DNA from: Spirochaetia bacterium
Lineage (GTDB): Bacteria > Spirochaetota > Spirochaetia > SP-2023
Assembly (NCBI GenBank): GCA_965263295.1
Contig: OZ253665.1
Coordinates: 1,376,001 to 1,440,000 of the forward strand
Direction of reading: 5' to 3'
DNA length: 64,000 bases
In this document: positions 52,089-62,114 of the stretch, piece after piece
Numbering within the stretch: the first letter of the stretch is position 1
Layout: each line of letters begins with the position of its first letter
Translations under genes and position numbers: made by a program
Notes under the pieces: model-generated
Told to the model about the DNA's origin: nothing
The model's database searches: none
The model's input: the letters and a program-made list of their open reading frames with translations, nothing else

Positions 52089-52667
52089 TCAACGCTGCAT
52101 AACCTGGTCGACAATCCCGTACTCGACGGCTTCTTTGGCCGGTAAGTAGAAATCTCTGTCCATGTCCTTGGCGATGATTTCAGGCTCTTTGTCTGTATTT
52201 GCGGCGACATAACCAATCAGCAGATTTTTTAAGCGCACTATTTCTTTAGCCGTGATCGCCAAGTCACTCGATTGCCCTTCAGCGCCACCCCAGGGCTGGT
52301 GCAACATTACGCGGCTGGAAGGCAAAATAAAGCGCGAACCCTTTTCGCCAGCACTCAGGATAACAGCTGCCATTGAAGCCGCCTGACCGAGACAAAATGT
52401 CTGGACCTTGGGGCGGATATATCTAATAGTATCGTAAATAGCCAGCCCAGCTGTTACCGAACCTCCGGGCGAGTTAATATAGAGACTGATTTCTTTCTCT
52501 GGGTTCTGAGAGTCTAGAAACAACAACTGCGCGACAACGGCATCTGCTGATTCATCTTGTATTTGCCCCTGCAGGAAGACAATGCGGTCAATCAACAGGC
52601 GGGAATAAATATCGTAACCGCGTTCTACACCACCTTGTCGTTCAAAAATATTCGGTAAGTAGGGCAT
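52089..52667 (-). CDS. clpP: Clp protease proteolytic subunit
   Basis: ER.YDIYSRLL.DRI, YINSPGGSVTAG, GQAASM, MLHQP; AAGGA RBS before ATG 52667. Confidence 0.97.
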   Translation of the reverse strand: MPYLPNIFERQGGVERGYDIYSRLLIDRIVFLQGQIQDESADAVVAQLLFLDSQNPEKEISLYINSPGGSVTAGLAIYDTIRYIRPKVQTFCLGQAASMAAVILSAGEKGSRFILPSSRVMLHQPWGGAEGQSSDLAITAKEIVRLKNLLIGYVAANTDKEPEIIAKDMDRDFYLPAKEAVEYGIVDQVMQR

Positions 52668-53047
52668 ATGCCATCCTTTTCTTTCAAGTTGTTTGTCATT
52701 TATCCGTTCCTGCAGAGCGTTTTGAGGCCCACTCTGCAGGAACGGATAAAAAGCTGCCACGGTCAAAGCCGCAATGCTCCTTTTATTAGAAATAAAATCG
52801 CATTCCCAACATCGCATGTTTTGCTGAGCAAACTCTGTCTGTTTGCAAAAATGCTTACCAAAGATAGTTTCGAAAGCGCTGAGCGGCAAGGCTTATTTGC
52901 CACTAAAATTCTGGACTTTAGAGAATGTATGTCAAGGTAGGTCAAAGTGCGATTCCATCTGTGCCCAAATACATTTAGGCATCAGCTCTCCGATCTCACC
53001 CGTCCGTGTGCCCGCGCGACAAGTTCTGAACAAGCGCAATGCCCCCG

Positions 53048-53797
53048 TCAAATCCCTAGATAAAAGCGCAGCAAAGCGCTGATAAAACCCATTAGGGCAC
53101 CGATCAGAGCACCCCAAACAACCAGCCAGACCAGCTTACTTTCCATCATATGCTGGATAATTTCCTTAACCATCTGCGGCGTCAATTCGGCAAGACGACC
53201 TTGAATCAGCGTGCGCACACGCTGTTCAAATTGTTCGTGTGGCGGCAAAGTCTGGCCAAAAAACACTTTGATTTTATCTTGCAGCTCAGGTTTGCCCAGC
53301 TCTGCGGCCACGGCCCCACTCATGGCCTTGATAATTCGTATGCGGTTGGCTTCTAACAGCGGCATGGCCATCATTGCGAGTGGGTTGGCCGCAAAGCTTT
53401 GAGCCAGGCTATCCTTAAACTTGGCAAACAAACGGTCAAAATCGATCAAAGCCCCCATACGACTCAGATCAATATCACCATTGGCCAGTTCCTCAGCCAA
53501 AAAGCGGCCAATCTGTTCACGATTAAAGAACTGACGAATCATCAACTCCTCCAAGTCTCGCTTAATTTCCTCAAAATTCAAAGCGATAATTCCTGAACCG
53601 TAAACAAAAGGTATGCGTTCAAACAACATCTGAATCGCCAGCGAATTGGTCAACGACCCCGAAAGCCCAAACAGTCCCACACTCAACAATAACTTGTGCC
53701 ACAATGTCTCGCTGGCGAACAGAAAAGCAACCCCGACACTCAACAGCAAAATCAAATTGATGCCATAAGAAGTTTTCCATCTCATAATTAGTCCCAA
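53048..53797 (-). CDS. DUF445-family membrane protein
   Basis: SG.LTN.LAI.MLFE.IP..YGSGII and LTPQMVKEII..M...L.WLVVWG...G. Confidence 0.8.
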   Translation of the reverse strand: MGLIMRWKTSYGINLILLLSVGVAFLFASETLWHKLLLSVGLFGLSGSLTNSLAIQMLFERIPFVYGSGIIALNFEEIKRDLEELMIRQFFNREQIGRFLAEELANGDIDLSRMGALIDFDRLFAKFKDSLAQSFAANPLAMMAMPLLEANRIRIIKAMSGAVAAELGKPELQDKIKVFFGQTLPPHEQFEQRVRTLIQGRLAELTPQMVKEIIQHMMESKLVWLVVWGALIGALMGFISALLRFYLGI

Positions 53798-54020
53798 TTA
53801 AGAATCTATCCTAAAAATTAAAAGCCTTTTACCATCGCGCTGCGCGAATAGCTGTTGTCTTGTAGAGCCAGTTACACCGAAGAAAAATTAATGGTACCAT
53901 TCCAGCTCTTACGATTTTCCAAATAAATATTATAAAATTTAAATACTTGAGCAATTTTACCCCATCATCAATCATGGACGCGGTCTGGCAGGGCTAGCCA
54001 TTTTTTACCTCGGCTGATTT

Positions 54021-55103
54021 CTACTTTGTCTGATTGACATGCCGCACGGCCAGCCGTGCGGCGATCTTGCCGGCAATCTCTGCAAAAGCCTGAACACTTT
54101 CACCCTGCGGCTCGGTCAATGACAGCGGGTAGCCACTATCGCCCGCATTGCGGATCGCCGCGTCCAGCTCAATGCGCCCCAGAAAAGGAATACCCAGTGC
54201 CTTGGCTGCGGCTTCGCCGCCACCGCGGCCAAAGATGTCTCCAGCCATATTTTCAATCAGTCCCAAAATGGGGACTTTCAACTGCTGGAATGCCGCAATG
54301 CCACGCTGCGTATCACTGAGCGCCACCTTTTGCGGCGAAGACACGACAATCGCGGCCGTGATGGGGCAAAGGGCGGGAAGGCTCAACTGCACATCGCCAG
54401 TACCCGGAGGCATATCAATTAACAGGTAGTCCAACTCCGGCCAATCGGTATTCATAAGCAGTTGCCGCAACACACTGTGCAACATCGGACCACGCCAAGC
54501 CAAAGCTTGTTCCGCGGCGACCAGGTAACCAATACTCATGGCGTAGATGCCGTGCAGCGCGGCCGGCGATAAAATCTGGTTTTCATTGCCTTGCTCATCG
54601 GTCTGGCTGCCGGCTACTGTTGGTCGCCCGGTATCACCCAGCATGATGTTGATATTCGGGCCATAGATGTCGGCATCTAAAATGCCGACAACAGCACCAC
54701 TCTCAGCCAGCGCCACGGCCAGATTGACGGTGACACTGCTCTTCCCTACCCCACCCTTCCCACTGGAAATAGCCAAGATGTTCTTGATCGGCAGTGACAA
54801 CTGCTCCGAAACGCGCGCATCCGAGCGCGTCTGAGCATCAAAGTGAATCTGAATCTGCCCGTCTTGCAGAGCCGGAAAATGTCGTTTTAGGACGCCGCGA
54901 GCGTCACGTTCCATCACGCTCTTTAGCGGACAAGCCGGAGTAGTCAAAACAATTGTGAATGATATGCCTGTATCGCTCAGTTCCAGTTTATCAATCATAC
55001 CCAGACTCACCAAGTCGCGGTGCAAATCCGGATCGTGAACTTCACTTAAAGCTTTCAACACGGCTTCCCTTGTCCAATCCGCCATCATATTTTCTTCCCC
55101 CAT
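54021..55103 (-). CDS. mrp: Mrp/ApbC (NBP35-family) ATPase
   Basis: V.DPDL..D.V.LG, LTTPACP, SGKGGVGKS, DADIYGP, WRGPM, DMPPGTGD, ENM. Confidence 0.93.
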   Translation of the reverse strand: MGEENMMADWTREAVLKALSEVHDPDLHRDLVSLGMIDKLELSDTGISFTIVLTTPACPLKSVMERDARGVLKRHFPALQDGQIQIHFDAQTRSDARVSEQLSLPIKNILAISSGKGGVGKSSVTVNLAVALAESGAVVGILDADIYGPNINIMLGDTGRPTVAGSQTDEQGNENQILSPAALHGIYAMSIGYLVAAEQALAWRGPMLHSVLRQLLMNTDWPELDYLLIDMPPGTGDVQLSLPALCPITAAIVVSSPQKVALSDTQRGIAAFQQLKVPILGLIENMAGDIFGRGGGEAAAKALGIPFLGRIELDAAIRNAGDSGYPLSLTEPQGESVQAFAEIAGKIAARLAVRHVNQTK

Positions 55104-55115
55104 TTTCTGCCCGCT

Positions 55116-58100
55116 TTACAGAGCCGCCCCGCGAGTGTGACAGGACCTCGCCTCCGACTTGGCCGGCGGCTCAGAACAAGAACGGCACTGTTGGGGCAAG
55201 GCTTCCAATTCCAAAATCAAATCCCCCTCCTGAACACTGATCATCTCATTAGTTTCTCTGAAGTTGGCCCCAATATGGACTTTTTTGACCACCCCATCGC
55301 GCTTGGCGTGAATGGCCTTTTCTTGCTTCATAATGGAAATGTTACACAGTTCCTGGCCCTCTTTAACCACATCGCCTTCGGCTACATGGACAACCCACAA
55401 ATCCCCATTGGAAACGGCACCGACGTGGTTGGGATTGCCCGGCACGGCCTGCAGGCGCTCACCGTGCCCACCGTGCCCACCATTGCCGGCAGCACGACTT
55501 TGCTCCAGCTGCACGCCATGGCGCATAAACTCATGGTCGAGCTGAAAGCCCACTAGCGCGACGCCGTTCTCGTTGACCGGGCCGATTTCGACCAGCCTGA
55601 AGTGGTGCAGCTTCCCGTTTGAGTCCGTAAATGATAAACTTTCTTTCGGCTGCATGCCTTCAAACCAAACCGCCAAAGGCAAGCAATTGGGATCTCCAAA
55701 CTGATCCTGAAACTTGAGCAAAGCAATGCTGTCAGCTGGGTGATTGAGGTAGAGCAACAACTCATCCTGACTGACGCGACGGCCCAACTCGCTCTCTAGT
55801 CGGGCCCGCTCCGCATCCCAGTTCAAGTCGGCTAAATCTTCCAGCGGCGAGCCAACACCTCGCTTTACCTTTTGATAAATCTTGCGGCCCAGCTCAAAGC
55901 CAAAAGTGCTGTGATAGACCCACTCAGACGGAAATCCCAGCGGCAAGGGCCCAAATTCGCCTGCCAGCAAAGACTTGAACGAGTCATTGGCTTCGGCAAA
56001 CAGAAGCAGGCGATTCTTCTGATCCTCCGCAGCGAGTTCTGCCCCCGCTTCCGCATCCCGGCAGCGTCGGGCCAACTCAGTAACGCGCTGCACTTCGTCC
56101 AGGCCACCACGTTTGTAGGCATTGGTCACCGTCAGGAAAGCGTTGTTCCAGGTTATCTGCGAGCCCGGCGTAACATCGTGGTAAAGGACTATCTGCCGAA
56201 CAGTTGAAAGATACTGGAGAATTTGCGGCAACAAGAAGATATAGCCCTGCTGCAGGGCGCCTTCCTGCGACGAAGAAATAGCCCCGCCCGGCATTCCGTG
56301 ATTCACGACATTGTGATCATAACCCTGGAAGTGCGGCGCACAATAGCGATCGAGGAAAGGCATGATCTGCTTGAGGACAAAGTTCCCATCATCCAGAGCC
56401 TGCGCCTGCAGGGAGTCCACAAAGCCTTCGGCATGCAGGGCGGCGCGCAAGGCGCCGACATCGCCCTGGCCATACCAACGGCAGGCGGCATCCATGCCGA
56501 CATCGAGAATCTCAACCCCAGCTTTGGCTGCAGCCACTGCAGCAGGCACGAACAAGCCGTCAGTGGCGTGGCGGTGGTAATGCAGCAGGAGTTGCGGCCA
56601 GCGCCGCTTCAGGCTGGAGATCAGCTCGGCAATGTAGGCGGGAGGACAGACGCCAGCCATATCCTTGAGCCCTAAAATAATGCGCTCGGCAGCTTGCTCC
56701 ACACTACAGCCGGCGGCCTGGGCACACATTTTTAGGATGCTTTCTGCCACTTCCAGGTAGTGGCGCAGCGAATAGCGGGCGCCGGCACCCGTACCGATAA
56801 CCGAGAGCGATATCGCCGGCTCAAAGATCACATCGTCAAGCGGCAGAATAACTTCGGCCAGGGGCGCCATGTTGGGTGCATAATTGAGGAAGTCAAAACA
56901 ACGAATTATGTCATACAATTCACAGAGCCGCGCGGCCATTTTCTGCATCAGCGCCCGGCCCTGAGGCTTGTAACCCAAGAGGTTGGTCGAGCGCACCAGC
57001 ACTTGTTGTAGGGTACGCGGTGCCAACTGGCGCCACTCGTGCGCTTCAGCCAGCGGCGATGTCATGTTGGCGCGAATGTTCATGTGAAAATGAGCGCCGC
57101 CGCCAGTTTCTAACGATAAGAAGCCGCATTGGTCGAGGTAGGGACCGAGCACCCGATCCTCCGCCAGGCGCATGCGGTTGCCGCTGTTAGACTGTGTAAT
57201 GTCGCGGCAGGTGGTATCGGTGAAGTGAATATTGCCACTGTTGCGAAGCCTTTGCAGCAGAGCTGGGCGATTGCGTCGCGGGTAATGCGGCTGATGAGCC
57301 AACCTCTTGTCAATCGGGGGCAACTCATAATAACAAGCGTCGCTAAACTGCTTTCCAGGCGCTAGCCCCAGACGGGGCTGCGCCTGGCTGCGGTATTGCC
57401 CTAATTTGACATACGGGTTGTAGCCTCGGGCACTGATCTCGGCGACCAGGCGCCCCAGGCGCACAGCTTCCGGTTCAAGATAATGGTAATCCAGTAATTC
57501 AGGATTCTGTTCTACAAAACGGGTATTAAAATCGCCGGCGGCAAAATACTCTGAATCGACAATCTTGCGGTAAAACGGCAAGGTAGTTTTGAGCCCGGAA
57601 ATCTGGTATTCGTTCAGGGCCCGCGAGACCACGCCAATCAGTTTATCCCACTTATGGGCATAGCAGATCAGCAGTGAGCCAGCTGAATCATAATGGGAAG
57701 GAAACGGATAGGCACTTGAAAGGTTGGAGTCAATGCGCACGCCGGGGCCACCGGGAGAATTATAACGCTTAATCAGTCCCGAATTGGGGCTGAAATTATT
57801 TTGCGGATCCTCTAGATTGATACGGCATTGCAGCGACCAGTGAAAGGGCTGTAAGTCTTCCGGCTTCAAACTCAGCTCGGCACCCAAAGCCACGGCAATC
57901 TGTTGTTCCACCAAGTCAATGCCATAGCGACTCTCGGTAATACCGTGTTCAACCTGCAGGCGGGTATTCACCTCAATCAGATACGCCTCGGTTTTACCAT
58001 TTTGCTGTGTCACCAGAAATTCCACTGTAGCCAAAGTGTGATAAGCTGCCGCACGGACAATGCGGCGCGCATAATCTTTTAATGTTTGCCGCAATTCTGC

Positions 58101-58880
58101 CGTCATGCCCGCCCAGGGGGAGGGGGTGATTTCCAGCAGCTTCTGATGGTTGCGCTGCAGACTGCAGTCTCGCTCGTCAAAGACCAGTAGGTTGCCGTAC
58201 TTGTCGGCAAGTACCTGGATCTCAATGTGGTGCACATCAGGAAGAAATTTTTCGACATACAGCGTCGGGTTGCCAAAAGATGAGGCCGCGATCACCTGAG
58301 CCTTTTCAAAGGCCGCGTCCAGTTCGCCGCGCTCGCGGATAAGCACGATACCGCGCCCACCGCCGCCACCTTCAGCCTTCAGTAATACCGGCAGCTCCAT
58401 TTGCTCGACAATAGCCCTAGCCTCTTGCAAGTCCACCGCGCCATCCGATCCGGGCACAATCGGAATGCCCAGCTCCTTGGCCAAGGCGCGAGCCTTGAGT
58501 TTGGAACCCAAGAGTTCCATCGCCTCGGCATCCGGGCCGATGAAGACGATACCGGCTTCCTGGCACAAGCGTGGAAACTGCGGATCCTCGGATGCAAAAC
58601 CCCAACCCGGATGAATGGTCTGAATGCCCAGCTCCTTGGCTCGGTTAACGATTTCCTCAATATCCAGATAAGCTGTAGGGTTAGCCCCCAGCAACATGAC
58701 TTCATCCGCGGCCGAAATGGCCGGCGAACCGCGGTCGACATCCGTAGCCGTAACGATAGCGCGAGCCTTCAGACGCTCGCGAATAGAACGACAGATACGC
58801 CGCGCCGGAATACCACGGTTGGCAACCAATATGAGCATTCCCGGAGTTTGTTGCAGCAGTTCATCAAAGCTTAGGCTCAC
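55116..58880 (-). CDS. pyc: Pyruvate carboxylase, single polypeptide (start probably GTG 58880)
   Basis: Biotin carboxylase motifs LVANRG, HPGWGF.SE, GGGGRG, ERDCS.QR..QK, EVNTRLQVEH; carboxyltransferase motifs DTT.RD..QS, LKDMAG, PGG, VTPGSQ; biotin site IMKQE. Confidence 0.92.
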   Translation of the reverse strand: MSLSFDELLQQTPGMLILVANRGIPARRICRSIRERLKARAIVTATDVDRGSPAISAADEVMLLGANPTAYLDIEEIVNRAKELGIQTIHPGWGFASEDPQFPRLCQEAGIVFIGPDAEAMELLGSKLKARALAKELGIPIVPGSDGAVDLQEARAIVEQMELPVLLKAEGGGGGRGIVLIRERGELDAAFEKAQVIAASSFGNPTLYVEKFLPDVHHIEIQVLADKYGNLLVFDERDCSLQRNHQKLLEITPSPWAGMTAELRQTLKDYARRIVRAAAYHTLATVEFLVTQQNGKTEAYLIEVNTRLQVEHGITESRYGIDLVEQQIAVALGAELSLKPEDLQPFHWSLQCRINLEDPQNNFSPNSGLIKRYNSPGGPGVRIDSNLSSAYPFPSHYDSAGSLLICYAHKWDKLIGVVSRALNEYQISGLKTTLPFYRKIVDSEYFAAGDFNTRFVEQNPELLDYHYLEPEAVRLGRLVAEISARGYNPYVKLGQYRSQAQPRLGLAPGKQFSDACYYELPPIDKRLAHQPHYPRRNRPALLQRLRNSGNIHFTDTTCRDITQSNSGNRMRLAEDRVLGPYLDQCGFLSLETGGGAHFHMNIRANMTSPLAEAHEWRQLAPRTLQQVLVRSTNLLGYKPQGRALMQKMAARLCELYDIIRCFDFLNYAPNMAPLAEVILPLDDVIFEPAISLSVIGTGAGARYSLRHYLEVAESILKMCAQAAGCSVEQAAERIILGLKDMAGVCPPAYIAELISSLKRRWPQLLLHYHRHATDGLFVPAAVAAAKAGVEILDVGMDAACRWYGQGDVGALRAALHAEGFVDSLQAQALDDGNFVLKQIMPFLDRYCAPHFQGYDHNVVNHGMPGGAISSSQEGALQQGYIFLLPQILQYLSTVRQIVLYHDVTPGSQITWNNAFLTVTNAYKRGGLDEVQRVTELARRCRDAEAGAELAAEDQKNRLLLFAEANDSFKSLLAGEFGPLPLGFPSEWVYHSTFGFELGRKIYQKVKRGVGSPLEDLADLNWDAERARLESELGRRVSQDELLLYLNHPADSIALLKFQDQFGDPNCLPLAVWFEGMQPKESLSFTDSNGKLHHFRLVEIGPVNENGVALVGFQLDHEFMRHGVQLEQSRAAGNGGHGGHGERLQAVPGNPNHVGAVSNGDLWVVHVAEGDVVKEGQELCNISIMKQEKAIHAKRDGVVKKVHIGANFRETNEMISVQEGDLILELEALPQQCRSCSEPPAKSEARSCHTRGAAL

Positions 58881-58939
58881 AGCAGCTTCTCCCCTGAGTC
58901 TCGCAAGTGGATAACGCAAGATTTGCGCTCACTGTAGCG

Positions 58940-58968
58940 AAAAAACCGGCTCCTTGCGATAGGAGCCG
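58940..58968 (-). terminator. Intrinsic terminator between flgJ and pyc
   Basis: CGGCTCCT-N6-AGGAGCCG hairpin, followed by T6 on the minus strand. Confidence 0.7.
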
Positions 58969-59137
58969 CATCTTCTAGCAATATTAATCAATCAAATGCA
59001 ATTAAAAATACAATCTATAGTTTAAAACCAGTATTTCTAAATTTTTTAGCGAAGATAAAAACCCTATCGGGCGGACAGAAAATCATTGACATAATTATAA
59101 AGACAGTTTGAAAATCGAGATTGTGATAACAGAAATT

Positions 59138-59686
59138 TTACCTAGAAAAACGGCTTTCTAACTGAGCGCGAGTCCAAGCCTGCCGTTGTGGCACAGACTG
59201 ACTGTACTTCAGCAGGTTTTGCCGCAGATCTTGTACCTCGGCTGCACCCGTCGATTTGGCAGCTGCCGACCCTAATTCCGGATGCTCTTGACGGTACAGT
59301 TGCTCAAAGAGCACAGAACCAATGCCGAAGCCTCCTTGATCCGCCATATCCCCAGCAATATTCTGATACATCTGGTCACGAAAAAAGTCGTTGCGGTTGC
59401 GGTCCGCCATCAGTGAGCCACCTTGGGAGCCCAATACTGAGTTCTCCCGCAGCCCCCTGCGCATCTCAGTGAGCATTTGCTGAATGAATAGAGACTCAAA
59501 ATCCCGGCAAGCTCTGGCCATTTTCATTTCTTCAGAATTCAGACGAACATTGGCAGAACTTGGCGCAGTGTCACGCAGAGCGGGCAGGCGACCTTTTTCA
59601 TTCTGGGCTGCTTTGCGCAATAAATCTTGATATTTCCGATGAATATCTGCCGCTTGCGGCACCTGGGTGTCGTCAATTCGAGTCAT
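59138..59686 (-). CDS. flgJ: FlgJ-type rod-binding protein without muramidase domain
   Basis: AC.DFES.FI.QML.EMR, F.D.MY..IA..MA..GG.GI...L..QL. Confidence 0.85.
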   Translation of the reverse strand: MTRIDDTQVPQAADIHRKYQDLLRKAAQNEKGRLPALRDTAPSSANVRLNSEEMKMARACRDFESLFIQQMLTEMRRGLRENSVLGSQGGSLMADRNRNDFFRDQMYQNIAGDMADQGGFGIGSVLFEQLYRQEHPELGSAAAKSTGAAEVQDLRQNLLKYSQSVPQRQAWTRAQLESRFSR

Positions 59687-59754
59687 GGAGTTTAAGTTCC
59701 TTATCTGCTGTCAAACACTTAATGCCCAAGCTAACGCTTAAGCAGCCCTGTCCA

Positions 59755-59781
59755 TTATCGGATTCTACCCTAAAATCTTTA
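59755..59781 (-). promoter_or_regulatory. Sigma-28-type promoter of flgJ
   Basis: Minus strand reads TAAA-N15-TCCGATAA, near-consensus. Confidence 0.8.
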
Positions 59782-59831
59782 CCGGCAGAACAAGACAAAA
59801 CTTTTGCCAGACCAGCCCCCCCCCCTTCCCC

Positions 59832-61031
59832 TTAAGGCAAGGCCGCAACCAGAGGCAGGCCCCGCTCTTCTTCAAATCCCAAAAGCAGATTCATATTCTG
59901 CAAAGCCTGGCCGGCGGCCCCCTTGAGCAAATTATCGACGACGGCCACAACCACCACTTCATTGTTGCGCGGGTCGCAACGCATACCGATATCGCAGCGA
60001 TTGGAAAAACTGACATCTTGAATTTGCGGAATACTGAGCGGACCATTGGCGGGACGCAGTTGCACAAAGGCTGAATTAGCATAAAAATCGCGGTACAAAA
60101 GCTGTAATTTTTCGTCTGTCCACACAGTCGTATCTAATTCAATATAGCAGGTAGCCATGATACCGCGCGTGATCGGTAACAAGTGTGTCGTGAAGGTAAT
60201 CGGCGCGATTTCGGCCGCGGCCAAACCAGAAAGGGCCATTTCAATTTCGGGCGTGTGTTGGTGTTGATGCCACTTATACAACGACAACGACTCATTGACT
60301 CGGGCGAAGTGACTACTTTCAGTAAGCTTCTTTCCAGCGCCAGAGACCCCTGACTTGGCGTCGATGCGTACCCGCCCCCTAACGTCGCTTTGAGCGCCTT
60401 GGAGCGCGAGCAGCCCTTGCGCCGCCAACGGCGCAAGGGCCAGAATACAGGCAGTGGCATAACAGCCGGGATTGGCAATGACATCTGCCTGGCGGATATC
60501 ATTGCGCAGCAATTCGCTCAGGCCGTACTGGCAACGCCGCAGGTCCTCAATTTCAAGCGTCTCTTCGCGATACCACTGACGATATAACTGCGGTTGCTTC
60601 AGACGCAGGGCACCCGATAGATCGATCAACTTGGGCAGGCTGTTTCGCCGGACTCCCGAATGGGCTGCGCGTTCTGCGGCAAAGTAGTGCCTTACGATCT
60701 GAGCCGATGCCGCATGCGGTGTCGCGAGGAAAATCACGTCAAAAGCCCGAAAAAAGCCCAGCCACTCAGTAATATCCGATTTTTCCGCGGGTAAGCCATA
60801 GATGCGCAAGTCCAAGCCATAGAAAGCCGGATAAATCTCGGCGTAGGCGCGGTAGTGCCGACCCTCTTCTAAGCGGCCCTCACTTAGCCTCCCTGCTGAG
60901 CCAAAAGCACTTAGCAGCGAAGACGAAAATAAGGTGACCATATCCTTGCCACAGTCGGGGTGCTGCAACAACAGGCGCAATAACTCGGCGCCACTGTAAC
61001 CACTGGCGCCGACTAGTCCCACTCGAATCAT
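59832..61031 (-). CDS. argC: N-acetyl-gamma-glutamyl-phosphate reductase
   Basis: VGASGYSG.EL.RLL..HP, FLATPH, IDLSG..RL, YGL.E, IANPGCY, SGVSGAG, HQH.PEI, DNL.KGAAGQA.QNMN. Confidence 0.96.
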   Translation of the reverse strand: MIRVGLVGASGYSGAELLRLLLQHPDCGKDMVTLFSSSLLSAFGSAGRLSEGRLEEGRHYRAYAEIYPAFYGLDLRIYGLPAEKSDITEWLGFFRAFDVIFLATPHAASAQIVRHYFAAERAAHSGVRRNSLPKLIDLSGALRLKQPQLYRQWYREETLEIEDLRRCQYGLSELLRNDIRQADVIANPGCYATACILALAPLAAQGLLALQGAQSDVRGRVRIDAKSGVSGAGKKLTESSHFARVNESLSLYKWHQHQHTPEIEMALSGLAAAEIAPITFTTHLLPITRGIMATCYIELDTTVWTDEKLQLLYRDFYANSAFVQLRPANGPLSIPQIQDVSFSNRCDIGMRCDPRNNEVVVVAVVDNLLKGAAGQALQNMNLLLGFEEERGLPLVAALP

Positions 61032-61331
61032 TTACATTCCTTATTTATTTTGAGAAATTCAAAGATTGTTTTCAGAAGGCATGGCATGACGAAATTTGCT
61101 TGGCCAAATGAGACCTTCAAACACGCAATTGTAACACGTGCCTCACAATCTGCCTGAGCTATTGGGCCAGAAATATTGCCAATAGTTATCGGCTTATCAC
61201 CACAGTTTGCCAACAGCTTGCCAGGTTGCGGTCAGCAGAAAACTTTAGCCATATCTACCATTTCGTTTTATACTAAAAAAATTTTCCATAAAAATCACAT
61301 TTCTTTTCTTAAATTTCTTAAATTTTTGTCC

Positions 61332-61979
61332 TTATTGGATCCTTTTTTCCAGAGCTTTCCGGGTTAGATGGAATAAATCTTGTTTAATTTCTTCCACACG
61401 CTCGACATATTCAGCAGCTAGCTGATGAATTTCTTCGCTATGAATATGTTGCGCTGCAGTAAGATTTTGATGGCAACTGCAATACAGCGCGTGGAACTGC
61501 AATACAGCGCGAGTCAGCGGCGCTTGTACCATTATCATAATACTGTCAGGTGAGATATCTTCAATAATACCTCGTTCAATACCCGACTTAAAAAATTCCC
61601 AGTACTCACCAAACTTTTCACTTAGCTCTTGAGGAGGATTGTAAGGTGTTGTTTCAAGGATCTCCGTAAAACGTAAACTGATGGGATGCTTCCACATATA
61701 TTCAAAGGCAGCTTTATAAGCTGCGGCAAAATTATCCCAAAAAGACTGTTCTGGAGAAAGAGCGGCGGTCGTAGCCTTTAGAATCGCCTGCTTCTCGGTA
61801 AGAAAAACCGTCGTCAGGAGGTCTGATTTATCCTTAAAATACAGATAAATCGTAGCAGGAGATATATTTGCCTCCTTAGCTATATTGGCCATACTGGCCC
61901 GGTCAAGCCCTTGCTCACATACGATTTTTTGTGTGGCATTGCTTATTGCTTTGGCCTTACGGTCGTCTTTTTTTCTCAT
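61332..61979 (-). CDS. TetR/AcrR family regulator (start probably ATG 61979)
   Basis: HTH ASMANIAKEANISPATIYLYFKDKSDLL. Confidence 0.9.
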   Translation of the reverse strand: MRKKDDRKAKAISNATQKIVCEQGLDRASMANIAKEANISPATIYLYFKDKSDLLTTVFLTEKQAILKATTAALSPEQSFWDNFAAAYKAAFEYMWKHPISLRFTEILETTPYNPPQELSEKFGEYWEFFKSGIERGIIEDISPDSIMIMVQAPLTRAVLQFHALYCSCHQNLTAAQHIHSEEIHQLAAEYVERVEEIKQDLFHLTRKALEKRIQ

Positions 61980-62114
61980 GGCATTAAAATAATAAAAATC
62001 CATAAATACGCCAATAAATTAAAAGATTTGATTTTGACGTATTGGAAAAGCGAAAATTATACAATTTAATCAGTATACTGGAGAATCAAATTATTTTGAG
62101 ATAAATATAACAGG

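Noticed and set aside
58940..59137. Terminator upstream of pyc as a riboswitch or attenuator
   Set aside because: The upstream sequence is AT-rich with no recognisable aptamer; it is more simply the flgJ terminator.
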